From a virus, in the IMG/VR virus record IMGVR_UViG_3300047160_002519, positions 1 to 64,000 of that record: 64,000 bases of DNA; one strand, 5' to 3'. The notes beneath the pieces were generated by a model, which made no database searches, was not told the origin of the DNA, and saw only the letters and a list, made by a program, of their open reading frames with translations. The position numbers and the translations under genes were made by a program. Positions 56,031-64,000 of this stretch are shown in pieces. How positions within the stretch are numbered: position 1 is the stretch's first letter; each line of letters opens with the position of its first letter.

Positions 56031-56999
56031 ATGCCCGGCGGATTCCAGACGCAAGTCTACAATCAGGAAGCCCAGGCCGTAGCAGGCGACCGCGCTTCGC
56101 AGAACCCGATCGCGACGCTCGATGCAGGGCCCGGCGGACTGATCGCTGATCCCGGTGGCATCATCATCGGTAACTTCGCCTGGACCACGCCCCCGACTGA
56201 TCCAGACGGCTCGAACAGCTACGCGACCCAGGTCAACGGCGCGGGCAATGTTGCTGGCCTTGCCTACAATTGGACGCAAGGGCTCAACACGGTGTTCTTG
56301 TCGGACGCCTCGATGCTGATCCCGCAGGGCTTGCCCGTGGCGCTGGCGGTGCAAGGTGATTTCTGGGTGGTGAACAACGGCTCTACGTTCGCTGCCCCAG
56401 GACAGAAGGCGTTCGCGGCCTTCGGCACCGGCGCAGTGTCGTTCGGCGCGGCGGGCTCGGTCACGGTGACCTCGGCGGCGTCGGGCTCCTCGATCGCGGC
56501 CTCGACCTTCTCGGCTACGGGCTCGATCCAGAATGACATCATGACGATCACGGTAGTCGGCGCTGGCACGCTGGTTCGTGGTGCGACGATCTCCGGCACC
56601 GGCATCAACGGCTCACCGACGATCACCGGGCAGTTGAGCGGCACTCCGGGCGGCGTCGGTACCTACACGATCTCCCCGAGCCAGCAGAAGGCGATCGCCT
56701 CCGAAACCATCTCGGGCACCTACGGCACGATGACGGTCGGCACGATGACGACGGGCACGGCGTTCTCGGTCGGGCAGACGCTGCAGGCGACTGGCGCGGT
56801 GGTTGCGGGCACGCAAATAACGCAGCTTTTGACCGGCTCCGGCGGCAATGGCTCGACCTTCGCGGTGAACAACAACACCGTGGTCTCGTCCCAGGTCATC
56901 AATGCGCTTGGCGCTGCCGAAACGAAGTGGACGGCGGCGAGCGCGGGCAATCCGGGCGGCTTGGTCAAGATCACGTCGTGGGTAGGCTCGCAGGGCTGA
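56031..56999 (+). CDS. Head decoration/cement protein with two inserted beta modules
   Basis: FQT.V...A.AVAGD.AS.NP, G.FAW, GDFWV, ETKW; immediately upstream of MCP. Confidence 0.8.
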   Translation: MPGGFQTQVYNQEAQAVAGDRASQNPIATLDAGPGGLIADPGGIIIGNFAWTTPPTDPDGSNSYATQVNGAGNVAGLAYNWTQGLNTVFLSDASMLIPQGLPVALAVQGDFWVVNNGSTFAAPGQKAFAAFGTGAVSFGAAGSVTVTSAASGSSIAASTFSATGSIQNDIMTITVVGAGTLVRGATISGTGINGSPTITGQLSGTPGGVGTYTISPSQQKAIASETISGTYGTMTVGTMTTGTAFSVGQTLQATGAVVAGTQITQLLTGSGGNGSTFAVNNNTVVSSQVINALGAAETKWTAASAGNPGGLVKITSWVGSQG

Positions 57000-57032
57000 C
57001 TTTAGACAGGGCGGCTTAGAGGAGAAGCAAGG

Positions 57033-58184
57033 ATGGAACCCATCAGCATCAGGTCCGTGGATGAGGGCCGCGCCCTGTTTCGGCAACACCGGCAGTACCT
57101 CGCGGATCGCGGTGTACATTTGCCCTATCAGATGCAGCGCTATCTCACTGACAGGGAGAAGGCGACGGGCAATCTGATCATGGCGATGGACGCCCCGAAC
57201 CCGCCGATCGCACCGATGGGCGCGCTGCCCGGGCCGCTGTCGAGCGACCCGAACGCGGCGCTGCCGTGGATGCTGACCTCGGCTATCGACCCGGAGATTA
57301 TCCGGGTGATCTTCTCGCCGCTCGATTTCGCGGAAATCCTGGGGGAGAGGAAGGCAGGCGACTGGACCGAACAGACCCGCTTCTTCCCGCTCGTTGAGGC
57401 GACCGGCGAGGTGTCGAGCTACGACGACTTCGTCAATAACGGCCGCGCCGGGGCGAACTTCAACTACCCGCAACTGCAGAGCTACCTGTTCCAGACCATC
57501 GTCAACTACGGCGAGTTGCAGATCGCGCGCGCTGGCTTGGCGAAGATCAACTGGGTCTCGGAACTGGGGCTGGCAGCGGCGGATCTGCTCAATCGCTTCC
57601 AGAACCTCTCCTATGCGTTCGGCGTGGCAGGCCTGCAGAACTACGGCGTGATGAACAATCCCTTTATCTCGTCCGCGCTGACCCCGGCAACGAAGGCCTG
57701 GGGCGGAACCGGGTGGTTCAATGCCGGATCGCCCGCGGCGACCGCCAACGAAGCCTACAATGACATCGTCGCGATGGTGACGCAGTTGGTGGCGCAGACC
57801 AACGGCGCGATCAACATCAAGGACTCGATGACGCTGGCGATGAGCCCGCAGAGCGAGATCGCCATGACCTTCGCGAACAGCTTCGGCGTTTACGTCGAGA
57901 ACCTGCTCAAGAAGGGCTACCCGAACCTGAAGGTCAAAACGGCCCCGCAGTACGGCCAACAGAACACGAATAACCCGCAGGGCTACTCGGCCGCTGGTAA
58001 CGTGCTGCAGCTTTGGCCGGACAAGATTCAGGGACAGACGGTGGTCTACGCGGCCTACAATGAGAAGCTGCGCAGCCACAAGATCATTCCGGACCTGTCA
58101 AGCTGGAAGCAAAAGCAGACCTCGGGCACGTGGGGTACGGTCATCCGCATGCCGGTCGGCTTTGTCACAATGATTGGTGTTTAG
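57033..58184 (+). CDS. Major capsid protein (DUF2184-like)
   Basis: GE.K.GDW, E.TGEVSSY.D, QSY.FQT...YGE, FGVAGLQNYG..N.P, QK.T.GTWG. Confidence 0.93.
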   Translation: MEPISIRSVDEGRALFRQHRQYLADRGVHLPYQMQRYLTDREKATGNLIMAMDAPNPPIAPMGALPGPLSSDPNAALPWMLTSAIDPEIIRVIFSPLDFAEILGERKAGDWTEQTRFFPLVEATGEVSSYDDFVNNGRAGANFNYPQLQSYLFQTIVNYGELQIARAGLAKINWVSELGLAAADLLNRFQNLSYAFGVAGLQNYGVMNNPFISSALTPATKAWGGTGWFNAGSPAATANEAYNDIVAMVTQLVAQTNGAINIKDSMTLAMSPQSEIAMTFANSFGVYVENLLKKGYPNLKVKTAPQYGQQNTNNPQGYSAAGNVLQLWPDKIQGQTVVYAAYNEKLRSHKIIPDLSSWKQKQTSGTWGTVIRMPVGFVTMIGV

Positions 58185-58321
58185 TTCCTGTAAATCAGGA
58201 ATCGCCAGAGGGGAGAGCCGCGCGCGGTGAGTGCTTGCACTCTTTTGCCCGCCTGGGAATGAGCCCGCGAGGGACCCCAAGCTTAACAGCGGCGCATCGC
58301 AATGGGCATGGGAGCTGAGGA

Positions 58322-58603
58322 ATGCGTAAGATTATTTTTGCTTTTGGAGTGTTTTTGACTTTTGCAGCATCTCCCGCAGCCGCGCAGTGCGGCTGCGGTG
58401 GTTTCCAGCCTTGGCCGAGCGGCTGGGGCAATGCTGGTTATGACGCGGATGGCTACGGACAATCCGCGGCCGTGACAGTCATCGCGCAGCCCGGATTCGG
58501 TGGCGGCTGGGGCGGTGGCTGGGATGGACGGCCCTGGGGCTGGCGTGGCGGCTACGGCTGGCGCGGTGGCGGATGGGGCTGGCATCGCCGGGTGGTGTGG
58601 TAA
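58322..58603 (+). CDS. Secreted Gly/Trp-rich protein
   Basis: Signal peptide ending AAA|Q; GWRGG repeats. Confidence 0.65.
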   Translation: MRKIIFAFGVFLTFAASPAAAQCGCGGFQPWPSGWGNAGYDADGYGQSAAVTVIAQPGFGGGWGGGWDGRPWGWRGGYGWRGGGWGWHRRVVW

Positions 58604-58631
58604 TAGCGTGCGGTGAGAGGGACGGGCGCAA

Positions 58632-58928
58632 ATGAGGAAAGCAATCGAAGCAATCGTCCTGGCGGCGGGCCTTGTGCTCGCCGCTTCGCCCGCCTGGGCG
58701 CAGCAAGGCCAGGGCGGGCTCTACATCGATGAGAACGGCGCGGTGATCACGAGCCCGAGCCATGGCTACGGCACCGAGCGACGCGGCAACGGCTACGAGC
58801 GCGGCAGCGTCTATGTTGGCCCGCGCGAACCTGTGGTACACCGCGACGGCTACTACCATCGCGGCTACGGCTACGAGCGGCACCATTACCACCCCTACCG
58901 CCATGCCGTGCCCTACGGAGGCTACTGA
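58632..58928 (+). CDS. Secreted Gly/Tyr/His-rich protein
   Basis: Signal peptide ending AWA|Q; GYER repeats. Confidence 0.65.
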   Translation: MRKAIEAIVLAAGLVLAASPAWAQQGQGGLYIDENGAVITSPSHGYGTERRGNGYERGSVYVGPREPVVHRDGYYHRGYGYERHHYHPYRHAVPYGGY

Positions 58929-59506
58929 TGGCCAAGAAGCCCGCCGCACCTATCGAGGCACCGGCGATCGTCAACGTACCCAAGAACGGCCGCACGGTCT
59001 GTGTGGCATGCAAGGTGCCCCAGGGTATCCGGCTTCAACTACAGCACCCAATGAAGCGGCGCATGCCGAAAGGCCTGGGCGGCGACAATGACTACGAAGA
59101 AACCATGTTCAACGTGTTCGGCGGGCAGATTTACAACTGCTTCGGCCCGGCGATCCCGGCGATGGGTGGCGTACCCGATGGCTATGTGATGCCGCCCGAC
59201 ATCAAGGGTGGCTACGCTTTCACGCCCGGCATCCCGGTGGATTTCTGGGAGCAATGGCTGAAGCAGAATGCCCAGGCCGACTACGTCTTGAACCACATGG
59301 TATTCGCGCTGCCCGCGATGGCGGACGCCAAGATCAAGGCGGTCTCGCACGAGGCCGAGAAGTCGGGGCTCGAACCCGTTTCACGTGAAATCGATGAAAA
59401 GACGGGCATGCTGAAGGACCGCCGCGTCCCGAAGCCGATCAACCAAAGCCTGTCCCGGATCATGTTCGATCAGGAGCGCAGCGCGCGGCAGCAAAGCTCG
59501 GAATGA
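58928..59506 (+). CDS. Conserved post-capsid head protein
   Basis: V.VACK.P.G..L, GGYA.T.GI..DFWE.W, SGLEP. Confidence 0.7.
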   Translation: MAKKPAAPIEAPAIVNVPKNGRTVCVACKVPQGIRLQLQHPMKRRMPKGLGGDNDYEETMFNVFGGQIYNCFGPAIPAMGGVPDGYVMPPDIKGGYAFTPGIPVDFWEQWLKQNAQADYVLNHMVFALPAMADAKIKAVSHEAEKSGLEPVSREIDEKTGMLKDRRVPKPINQSLSRIMFDQERSARQQSSE

Positions 59507-59521
59507 GCGATGGGGTGAGGC

Positions 59522-60052
59522 ATGACGGTCCCCCCGAGCCCTGTCGTCACATTCGACTTTCCCACCTTCATCGGGCTGTTTCCTGAGTTCGCCGCACTGT
59601 CACCGACGCTGGCGAACGCCTATTTCATCCGCGCCACGGCAACCGTGTTCGCCAACGATGTGACGAACCTCGCCTACGACAACGGCGCGAACATTCCGGT
59701 ATTCACCTACTGGGTTTATCTGGCGACCGCGCATGTGGCGTGGCTGTTCTGCCAGAAGGATGCGATGGGGATACCGACATCGGACCCGTCAACGGCCCAG
59801 GCGGCGTCGCCCTTGGTCGGCCGCGTCAGCCAAGCGAGCGAGGGCTCGGTCTCGGTCTCGACGGAATATCCGCTCGATGGATCGTCGAGCGCGCAAGAGA
59901 AGTACCTCGCGCAAACCAAGTACGGCACCGAGCTATGGGCGGCGCTGGCACCGTTCCGCACCGCACAATACGCGGCACGGCCGACCATCGTGTTCGGCGG
60001 CCGGTTCCGAGGACCCTACAACCGAGCCTTCCCGTGGTGGGGATGGCGATAG
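59522..60052 (+). CDS. Head-tail adaptor (DUF4054-like)
   Basis: F...FPEF, LVGRVS.ASEGSVSVS, QTKYG..LW. Confidence 0.88.
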   Translation: MTVPPSPVVTFDFPTFIGLFPEFAALSPTLANAYFIRATATVFANDVTNLAYDNGANIPVFTYWVYLATAHVAWLFCQKDAMGIPTSDPSTAQAASPLVGRVSQASEGSVSVSTEYPLDGSSSAQEKYLAQTKYGTELWAALAPFRTAQYAARPTIVFGGRFRGPYNRAFPWWGWR

Positions 60053-60064
60053 GAGGCGGCGGCA

Positions 60065-60424
60065 ATGGACGAAGGTGAAAAGCATGCCAAGGCGATGGAT
60101 GCCTACAACAAGGGCGACCTCGAAGGCGCGGGCGAAGCGCTCGGGCTGCAGCCAGTAGCCAAGAAGTTCGGGCACGAGTTCGACGAAACCGCGGAATCCT
60201 ATGACAAGCGATTGCGGGCGGCTCTGGGCTTGCCCGCTCCGGCCACAGAGGAAGGCACAGGGAGCCATCTCGGGGCGGGCGGCCCGGTAGTCGTAGACCC
60301 GGTGGAAGGCGGCCCGGTGGGCTCGGCGGGCCCGGTGGAGGGCCATGTAGAGCACGAGGACAACCCCGAGCCCGAGGACAACGATGAGCACGGGCACCGG
60401 AGCGGCCGGAGGCACCGGAAATGA
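60065..60424 (+). CDS. Acidic hypothetical protein
   Basis: RBS AGGAGG, tiled. Confidence 0.55.
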   Translation: MDEGEKHAKAMDAYNKGDLEGAGEALGLQPVAKKFGHEFDETAESYDKRLRAALGLPAPATEEGTGSHLGAGGPVVVDPVEGGPVGSAGPVEGHVEHEDNPEPEDNDEHGHRSGRRHRK

Positions 60425-60618
60425 AGGATGCGATCAAGATCAATCCGACCGATAGCGACAATGCCGCCCGCAAGCGGCACGAGGAGATCGAGGACCGACT
60501 GGAGCAACTCGGCAAGGATCAAGTTGAGACCATGCTCAAGACTGGCGGGCTGCCGACCGAGTGGGGACCGATCATCCGGTCCTGGCTCGCGGGCGACAAG
60601 CTGGAGCGCAAGGCCTGA
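60421..60618 (+). CDS. Hypothetical protein
   Basis: Coupled on both sides. Confidence 0.55.
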   Translation: MKDAIKINPTDSDNAARKRHEEIEDRLEQLGKDQVETMLKTGGLPTEWGPIIRSWLAGDKLERKA

Positions 60619-61067
60619 TGGCGACGATCAGAGGCGGCGAGCAGGTGGCGGCAAAACTGCGCGAGTTGGCTGACCGGCTGCGCAATCCCGGGACGCTGCG
60701 CGTTGGCTTTTTAGAGAAAGCCACCTACCCGGACGGCAAGCCCGTCGCCATGATCGCGGCGATCCAAGAATATGGCGCACCGCGCGCGGGCATTCCGCCG
60801 CGTCCCTTCTTCCGCAACATGATCGCAGCCAAGCAGGCGGAGTGGGCTCCGGCCATTGCGCAGCTACTAGTGCAGAACAACTACGATGCAACGCGCGCAC
60901 TGGATATCGCAGGGGCGGCGATTGCGGGACAACTCCGACAAAGCGTGATAGACACCAACGCACCGCCGCTAAAACCGGCGACGATTCGCCGTAAGGGCTT
61001 CTCGAAGCCGTTGATCGAAACCTCGGTGATGATCAACAGCATCGATCACGACGTGAAGCCGGGCTGA
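60618..61067 (+). CDS. Neck/tail-completion protein
   Basis: LRVGF, A.IA..QEYG, IPPRPFFR, PPL..ATI.RKG..KPLI.T. Confidence 0.85.
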   Translation: MATIRGGEQVAAKLRELADRLRNPGTLRVGFLEKATYPDGKPVAMIAAIQEYGAPRAGIPPRPFFRNMIAAKQAEWAPAIAQLLVQNNYDATRALDIAGAAIAGQLRQSVIDTNAPPLKPATIRRKGFSKPLIETSVMINSIDHDVKPG

Positions 61068-61080
61068 GAGGAGGCGTGGA

Positions 61081-61683
61081 ATGAGCAGAGTTGTTCTCTG
61101 GGACACCCGGATCGGTGACCGACCGGGGCAGATGGCGATCAACAATAACCTCGGCGCGACGACCAATCCCGGCGCGTCGAACGACTCCACGCAGGGCTAC
61201 GAGGTGGGATCGCAATGGTTCAACACCTCGACAAAGACGGCCTGGGTCTGCGTCTCGGCCGCAGCGGGAGCGGCGAACTGGATCGAGTACGGCTCAAGCG
61301 GCACCATCGTCTCTGATACTTCCTCGGCCTACAACGCGGCGAATAACGCGGCGGGCTTCCAGGCGACGGGCGCACAGATTTCAGGCGGCTCAGCCTTCGT
61401 CGAGCTTGATCTGACCGGCAACCCCGCAGGTGCGGCAAACCTCCAGCTTCCGACCGTTGCAAATCTGGTCGCGGCGATCCCGGGTGTTGCGGCTGGAGAC
61501 AGCTACACGCTGCGGGTCAAGAACAGCGCTAACTCGAATACTTGGACGGTCACGACGGCTACGGGCTGGACGCTCAACGGCACGATGTCGATCGCGACCG
61601 GCACATGGCGCGACTTCGTGCTGACCTTCACTTCGCTGGCGGCGGCGACCCTGCAGAACGCGGGCGGTGGTGCGACGCTGTAA
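61081..61683 (+). CDS. Beta-rich virion/fibre protein
   Basis: ATTNP...D...GY.VGS.W.N...WVC; LPT...LVAAIP. Confidence 0.6.
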   Translation: MSRVVLWDTRIGDRPGQMAINNNLGATTNPGASNDSTQGYEVGSQWFNTSTKTAWVCVSAAAGAANWIEYGSSGTIVSDTSSAYNAANNAAGFQATGAQISGGSAFVELDLTGNPAGAANLQLPTVANLVAAIPGVAAGDSYTLRVKNSANSNTWTVTTATGWTLNGTMSIATGTWRDFVLTFTSLAAATLQNAGGGATL

Positions 61684-61727
61684 CTTGATGTAGGTTTCAC
61701 CGACTCGACGATGAAAGGGACCCCGAG

Positions 61728-62219
61728 ATGGCCAATTTCTCTGCCCCCTTGCTGAACGCCCCGATCGGCACGGCGTTTCGAACTACGGGTTTCCTCTTCA
61801 CACCAACTGCATCCTTCCGCCGCGCCATGCTCTATGAAGTGGAGATGGGGCAGACGGCGGCCTACGCGTCGACCGACGCGCCGATGCAGTGGGACCTGTC
61901 CCGCGCTTCCAATACCGCAGGCATCGTCGGAACTACCGTGGCGGGCAACCTGCTTGATCCGGGCGACATCGCCTCGATTACGCTGTTCATGCAGAACCTG
62001 ACTACCGAGCCGACCAACTACACCACGGCAGGTAACGGGTTGAACCTCAAGCAGTGGGGCATCAACCAGCGCGGAAGCTATCGCTGGCGCGCACTTGACG
62101 ACGGCGACAACATCATCATCGCAGCCGTCGCATCCCAGGGCATCGGCATCCGGGCCGCGTCGATTGCCTCGGGCTTCGCCGGATCGGCACTCGGGACCTT
62201 GGCCTATATCGAGCGCTGA
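61728..62219 (+). CDS. Small beta-rich putative fibre subunit
   Basis: LDPGD.AS, TTEPT, INQRGSYRW.A. Confidence 0.55.
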   Translation: MANFSAPLLNAPIGTAFRTTGFLFTPTASFRRAMLYEVEMGQTAAYASTDAPMQWDLSRASNTAGIVGTTVAGNLLDPGDIASITLFMQNLTTEPTNYTTAGNGLNLKQWGINQRGSYRWRALDDGDNIIIAAVASQGIGIRAASIASGFAGSALGTLAYIER

Positions 62220-62509
62220 TGCCGAAGCTTCTGCAGATGAACCCGGGTGGCATCAACTTCTATAGCCACCCGGACTTCGGAATGGTCGAGGCCTACTCGT
62301 CGACCTGCAGCCATTGCCAGCACATCACTGATTTCCCGTCGAAAAAGCAGATGATGGATCACGTCGACTTCTGTCGATCGTGCATGAAGCTGATTTGCCT
62401 CGCCTGCTACGGCCGCCCGTGCATGCCCTACGAGAAGGAAGCCGAGCGCCAGGAGTTTGAGTATAAGCTCCGAAGCCGGGTACACATGCAGGGCTGGCGG
62501 TGCTACTGA
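62219..62509 (+). CDS. Cys-rich Zn-binding protein
   Basis: CSHC, CRSC, CLAC, C.P. Confidence 0.65.
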   Translation: MPKLLQMNPGGINFYSHPDFGMVEAYSSTCSHCQHITDFPSKKQMMDHVDFCRSCMKLICLACYGRPCMPYEKEAERQEFEYKLRSRVHMQGWRCY

Positions 62510-62540
62510 GGGGACACGAATCCCCTCAACGAGGCACCCC

Positions 62541-63062
62541 ATGGATGATTGCCTGACATGCAAAAGCTGGATTTGCCAGCGTGTGATGTGCTACGGCGAC
62601 GGTTCCACCGTCATCAAGTTTGAAACCCCCGAAGGTCGCGGCGAATGCACGCTGCTCAAGATCGAGACCACGGCTGATTTTGGCTGCAAGCGCTTCATCG
62701 AAGGGCGCGACCACATCGAGGTGCTCGGCCACAAGGCGGGTTCGCCATGGCAGTATTTCACTCTCGGCCCCTGCCCCGATTGCAAGGACTCCGCTGGACC
62801 CGGATGGATGTGCCGACGCTGCGCGGGCACAGCCAAGGTCCGCTATTACGATGACGGCTTCGTTGGCGACGAGCAAACCAAGCGGCATCCCAAGGAGCCG
62901 AGCGACAAGGTCGCTGCCGAGCTTCTGTGCATCGATTGCGGGAGCCCACTGGATCAGGACTGGATCGCATGCCCGCGCTGCGGCGCGCGCACCAACAAGT
63001 CGGAGGAAATGGTGATCATTGAAGGCGAAGCATTCAACGTCGGAGGAGGCGGACTGAAATGA
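62541..63062 (+). CDS. Multi Zn-ribbon protein
   Basis: CLTC, CPDC, CRRC, CIDC, CPRC. Confidence 0.65.
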   Translation: MDDCLTCKSWICQRVMCYGDGSTVIKFETPEGRGECTLLKIETTADFGCKRFIEGRDHIEVLGHKAGSPWQYFTLGPCPDCKDSAGPGWMCRRCAGTAKVRYYDDGFVGDEQTKRHPKEPSDKVAAELLCIDCGSPLDQDWIACPRCGARTNKSEEMVIIEGEAFNVGGGGLK

Positions 63063-64000
63063 GAAGCGATAAGTTCTGGGAGTGGTACGGAGTCTATGCA
63101 GCGCCACGGCTCGATGAACTCAAAATGATGAGCATGGGCCGGGCCGATACCTTCCGCCAGATGTTCGAATATCTCGACGACATCGGACGTCCGGTCTGCA
63201 TCGTCGAGACCGGTTGCATCGAGAACGGCGAGAAGGACTGGGGCGGCTCGGGGTGCTCCACCATCCTATTCGACCACTACATCGCGGAGCACCCGGGCTC
63301 GGTCTGCTATTCCTTTGAGAGCGACATCGCCAAGGTCCGGGCGGCTATGGAGCTTTGCCCGCGTGTCTCGTTTGGTCCGGTGCGGCATTCTCCTGGCGAA
63401 GGCGCGGCCTACGACAGTGTGGTCGGCATTCAGGAAATGATTGGGCACGGTCCCATCGACTTGCTCTATCTCGACGCCTCGCACCACAACTGGATCAACG
63501 AATCGCCATCGCAGGTTCACCATTACAACGAACTGCTGGCCGCGATGCATCTGCTCCGATCGCATTCGCTTGTGGTGGTGGATGACAGCCCGATCGCGAT
63601 CGACGACTACCCGCAGAACAAGATCATCGGCAAGGGCGCGCTGGTCGCGCAATACGCCTTCGAGGTCGGGGCGGAAATGGTGTTCCACGGTTATCAGGTG
63701 GGCTTCACCGGAATGACCGGCATCCCGGAGGAACACCGCGACCTCGGCTATCTGATCAACCGCGCCAGGACGCATGTCGAGGCGGGCGAGCTTGTGGCGG
63801 CCGATCACATCTATCGCCTGATTTTGGCGGCGACCCCGCCGAACACATGGCAGCAACCGCTCGTGCGGCTGTGCCGTGGGGAAGCCTGCGCCAACTTCGC
63901 GCGGCATGCGCACAAGCTGAAGCGGTACGGGATCGCGATCGATTGGTTCAGGCAGGCGCTCGGCGCGGACCTGATCGCGGCCGAATATCGCTGCGAGCTT
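63059..64000 (+). CDS. 3'-truncated class I SAM methyltransferase (Methyltransf_24-like) with TPR-like helices
   Basis: Hand translation, absent from ORF track: MRSDKFWEW...IVETGC...STILFD...IDLLYLDAS...LVVVDDS...GKG; then A..IYR.IL and AIDWFRQAL. Confidence 0.8.
   Translation, partial: MRSDKFWEWYGVYAAPRLDELKMMSMGRADTFRQMFEYLDDIGRPVCIVETGCIENGEKDWGGSGCSTILFDHYIAEHPGSVCYSFESDIAKVRAAMELCPRVSFGPVRHSPGEGAAYDSVVGIQEMIGHGPIDLLYLDASHHNWINESPSQVHHYNELLAAMHLLRSHSLVVVDDSPIAIDDYPQNKIIGKGALVAQYAFEVGAEMVFHGYQVGFTGMTGIPEEHRDLGYLINRARTHVEAGELVAADHIYRLILAATPPNTWQQPLVRLCRGEACANFARHAHKLKRYGIAIDWFRQALGADLIAAEYRCEL

Larger units (their letters stand above)
1..64000. mobile_element. Myovirus-type bacteriophage genome (partial, apparently circularly permuted)
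   Basis: Terminase, portal, MuF, protease, capsid, neck, sheath, tube, tape measure, baseplate, fibre, lysin, recombination and replication modules are all present; no host housekeeping genes. Confidence 0.97.

Noticed and set aside
56613-58079. 488-aa minus-strand ORF
   Set aside because: Antisense shadow of the decoration and capsid genes
58185-58321. tRNA or riboswitch after the MCP
   Set aside because: Only short hairpins; no cloverleaf or recognised aptamer

Overview
The window is most of the genome of a GC-rich tailed dsDNA phage with a contractile tail (myovirus). The DUF1073-type portal, DUF2213-type protease, DUF2184-type capsid, DUF4054, DUF3383 sheath and DUF2612 are recognised from motifs and synteny, not from database searches. 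The host is probably alphaproteobacterial (inferred). The window begins and ends inside the neck/head-completion region, so it looks circularly permuted with a gap, and both terminal ORFs are truncated. Layout: neck, tail, baseplate and fibres (+, 1-17.6 kb); an endolysin and a leftward recombination operon with ERF, YqaJ, HIRAN and HNH-like genes (-, 17.6-27 kb); a rightward Cro-like, RusA, methyltransferase and replication operon with an iteron origin (+, 27-34.5 kb); a short leftward block; then terminase, portal, MuF, protease, capsid and neck genes interleaved with many small secreted-protein genes (+, 36.7-64 kb). No integrase, CI repressor, tRNA or CRISPR array was seen. Three systems stand out. 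(1) Head polyproteins: the portal carries a metallopeptidase, a kinase-like domain, a DUF3489-like domain and an ADP-ribosyltransferase, and the protease carries Nudix and HiPIP-like domains, separated by recurring A-x-D putative maturation sites. (2) Tail-fibre-type proteins with signal peptides and paired cysteines. (3) A ~65-aa beta module inserted in five virion-region proteins. A genome-wide GGGA-N6-TCCC palindrome is a candidate operator.
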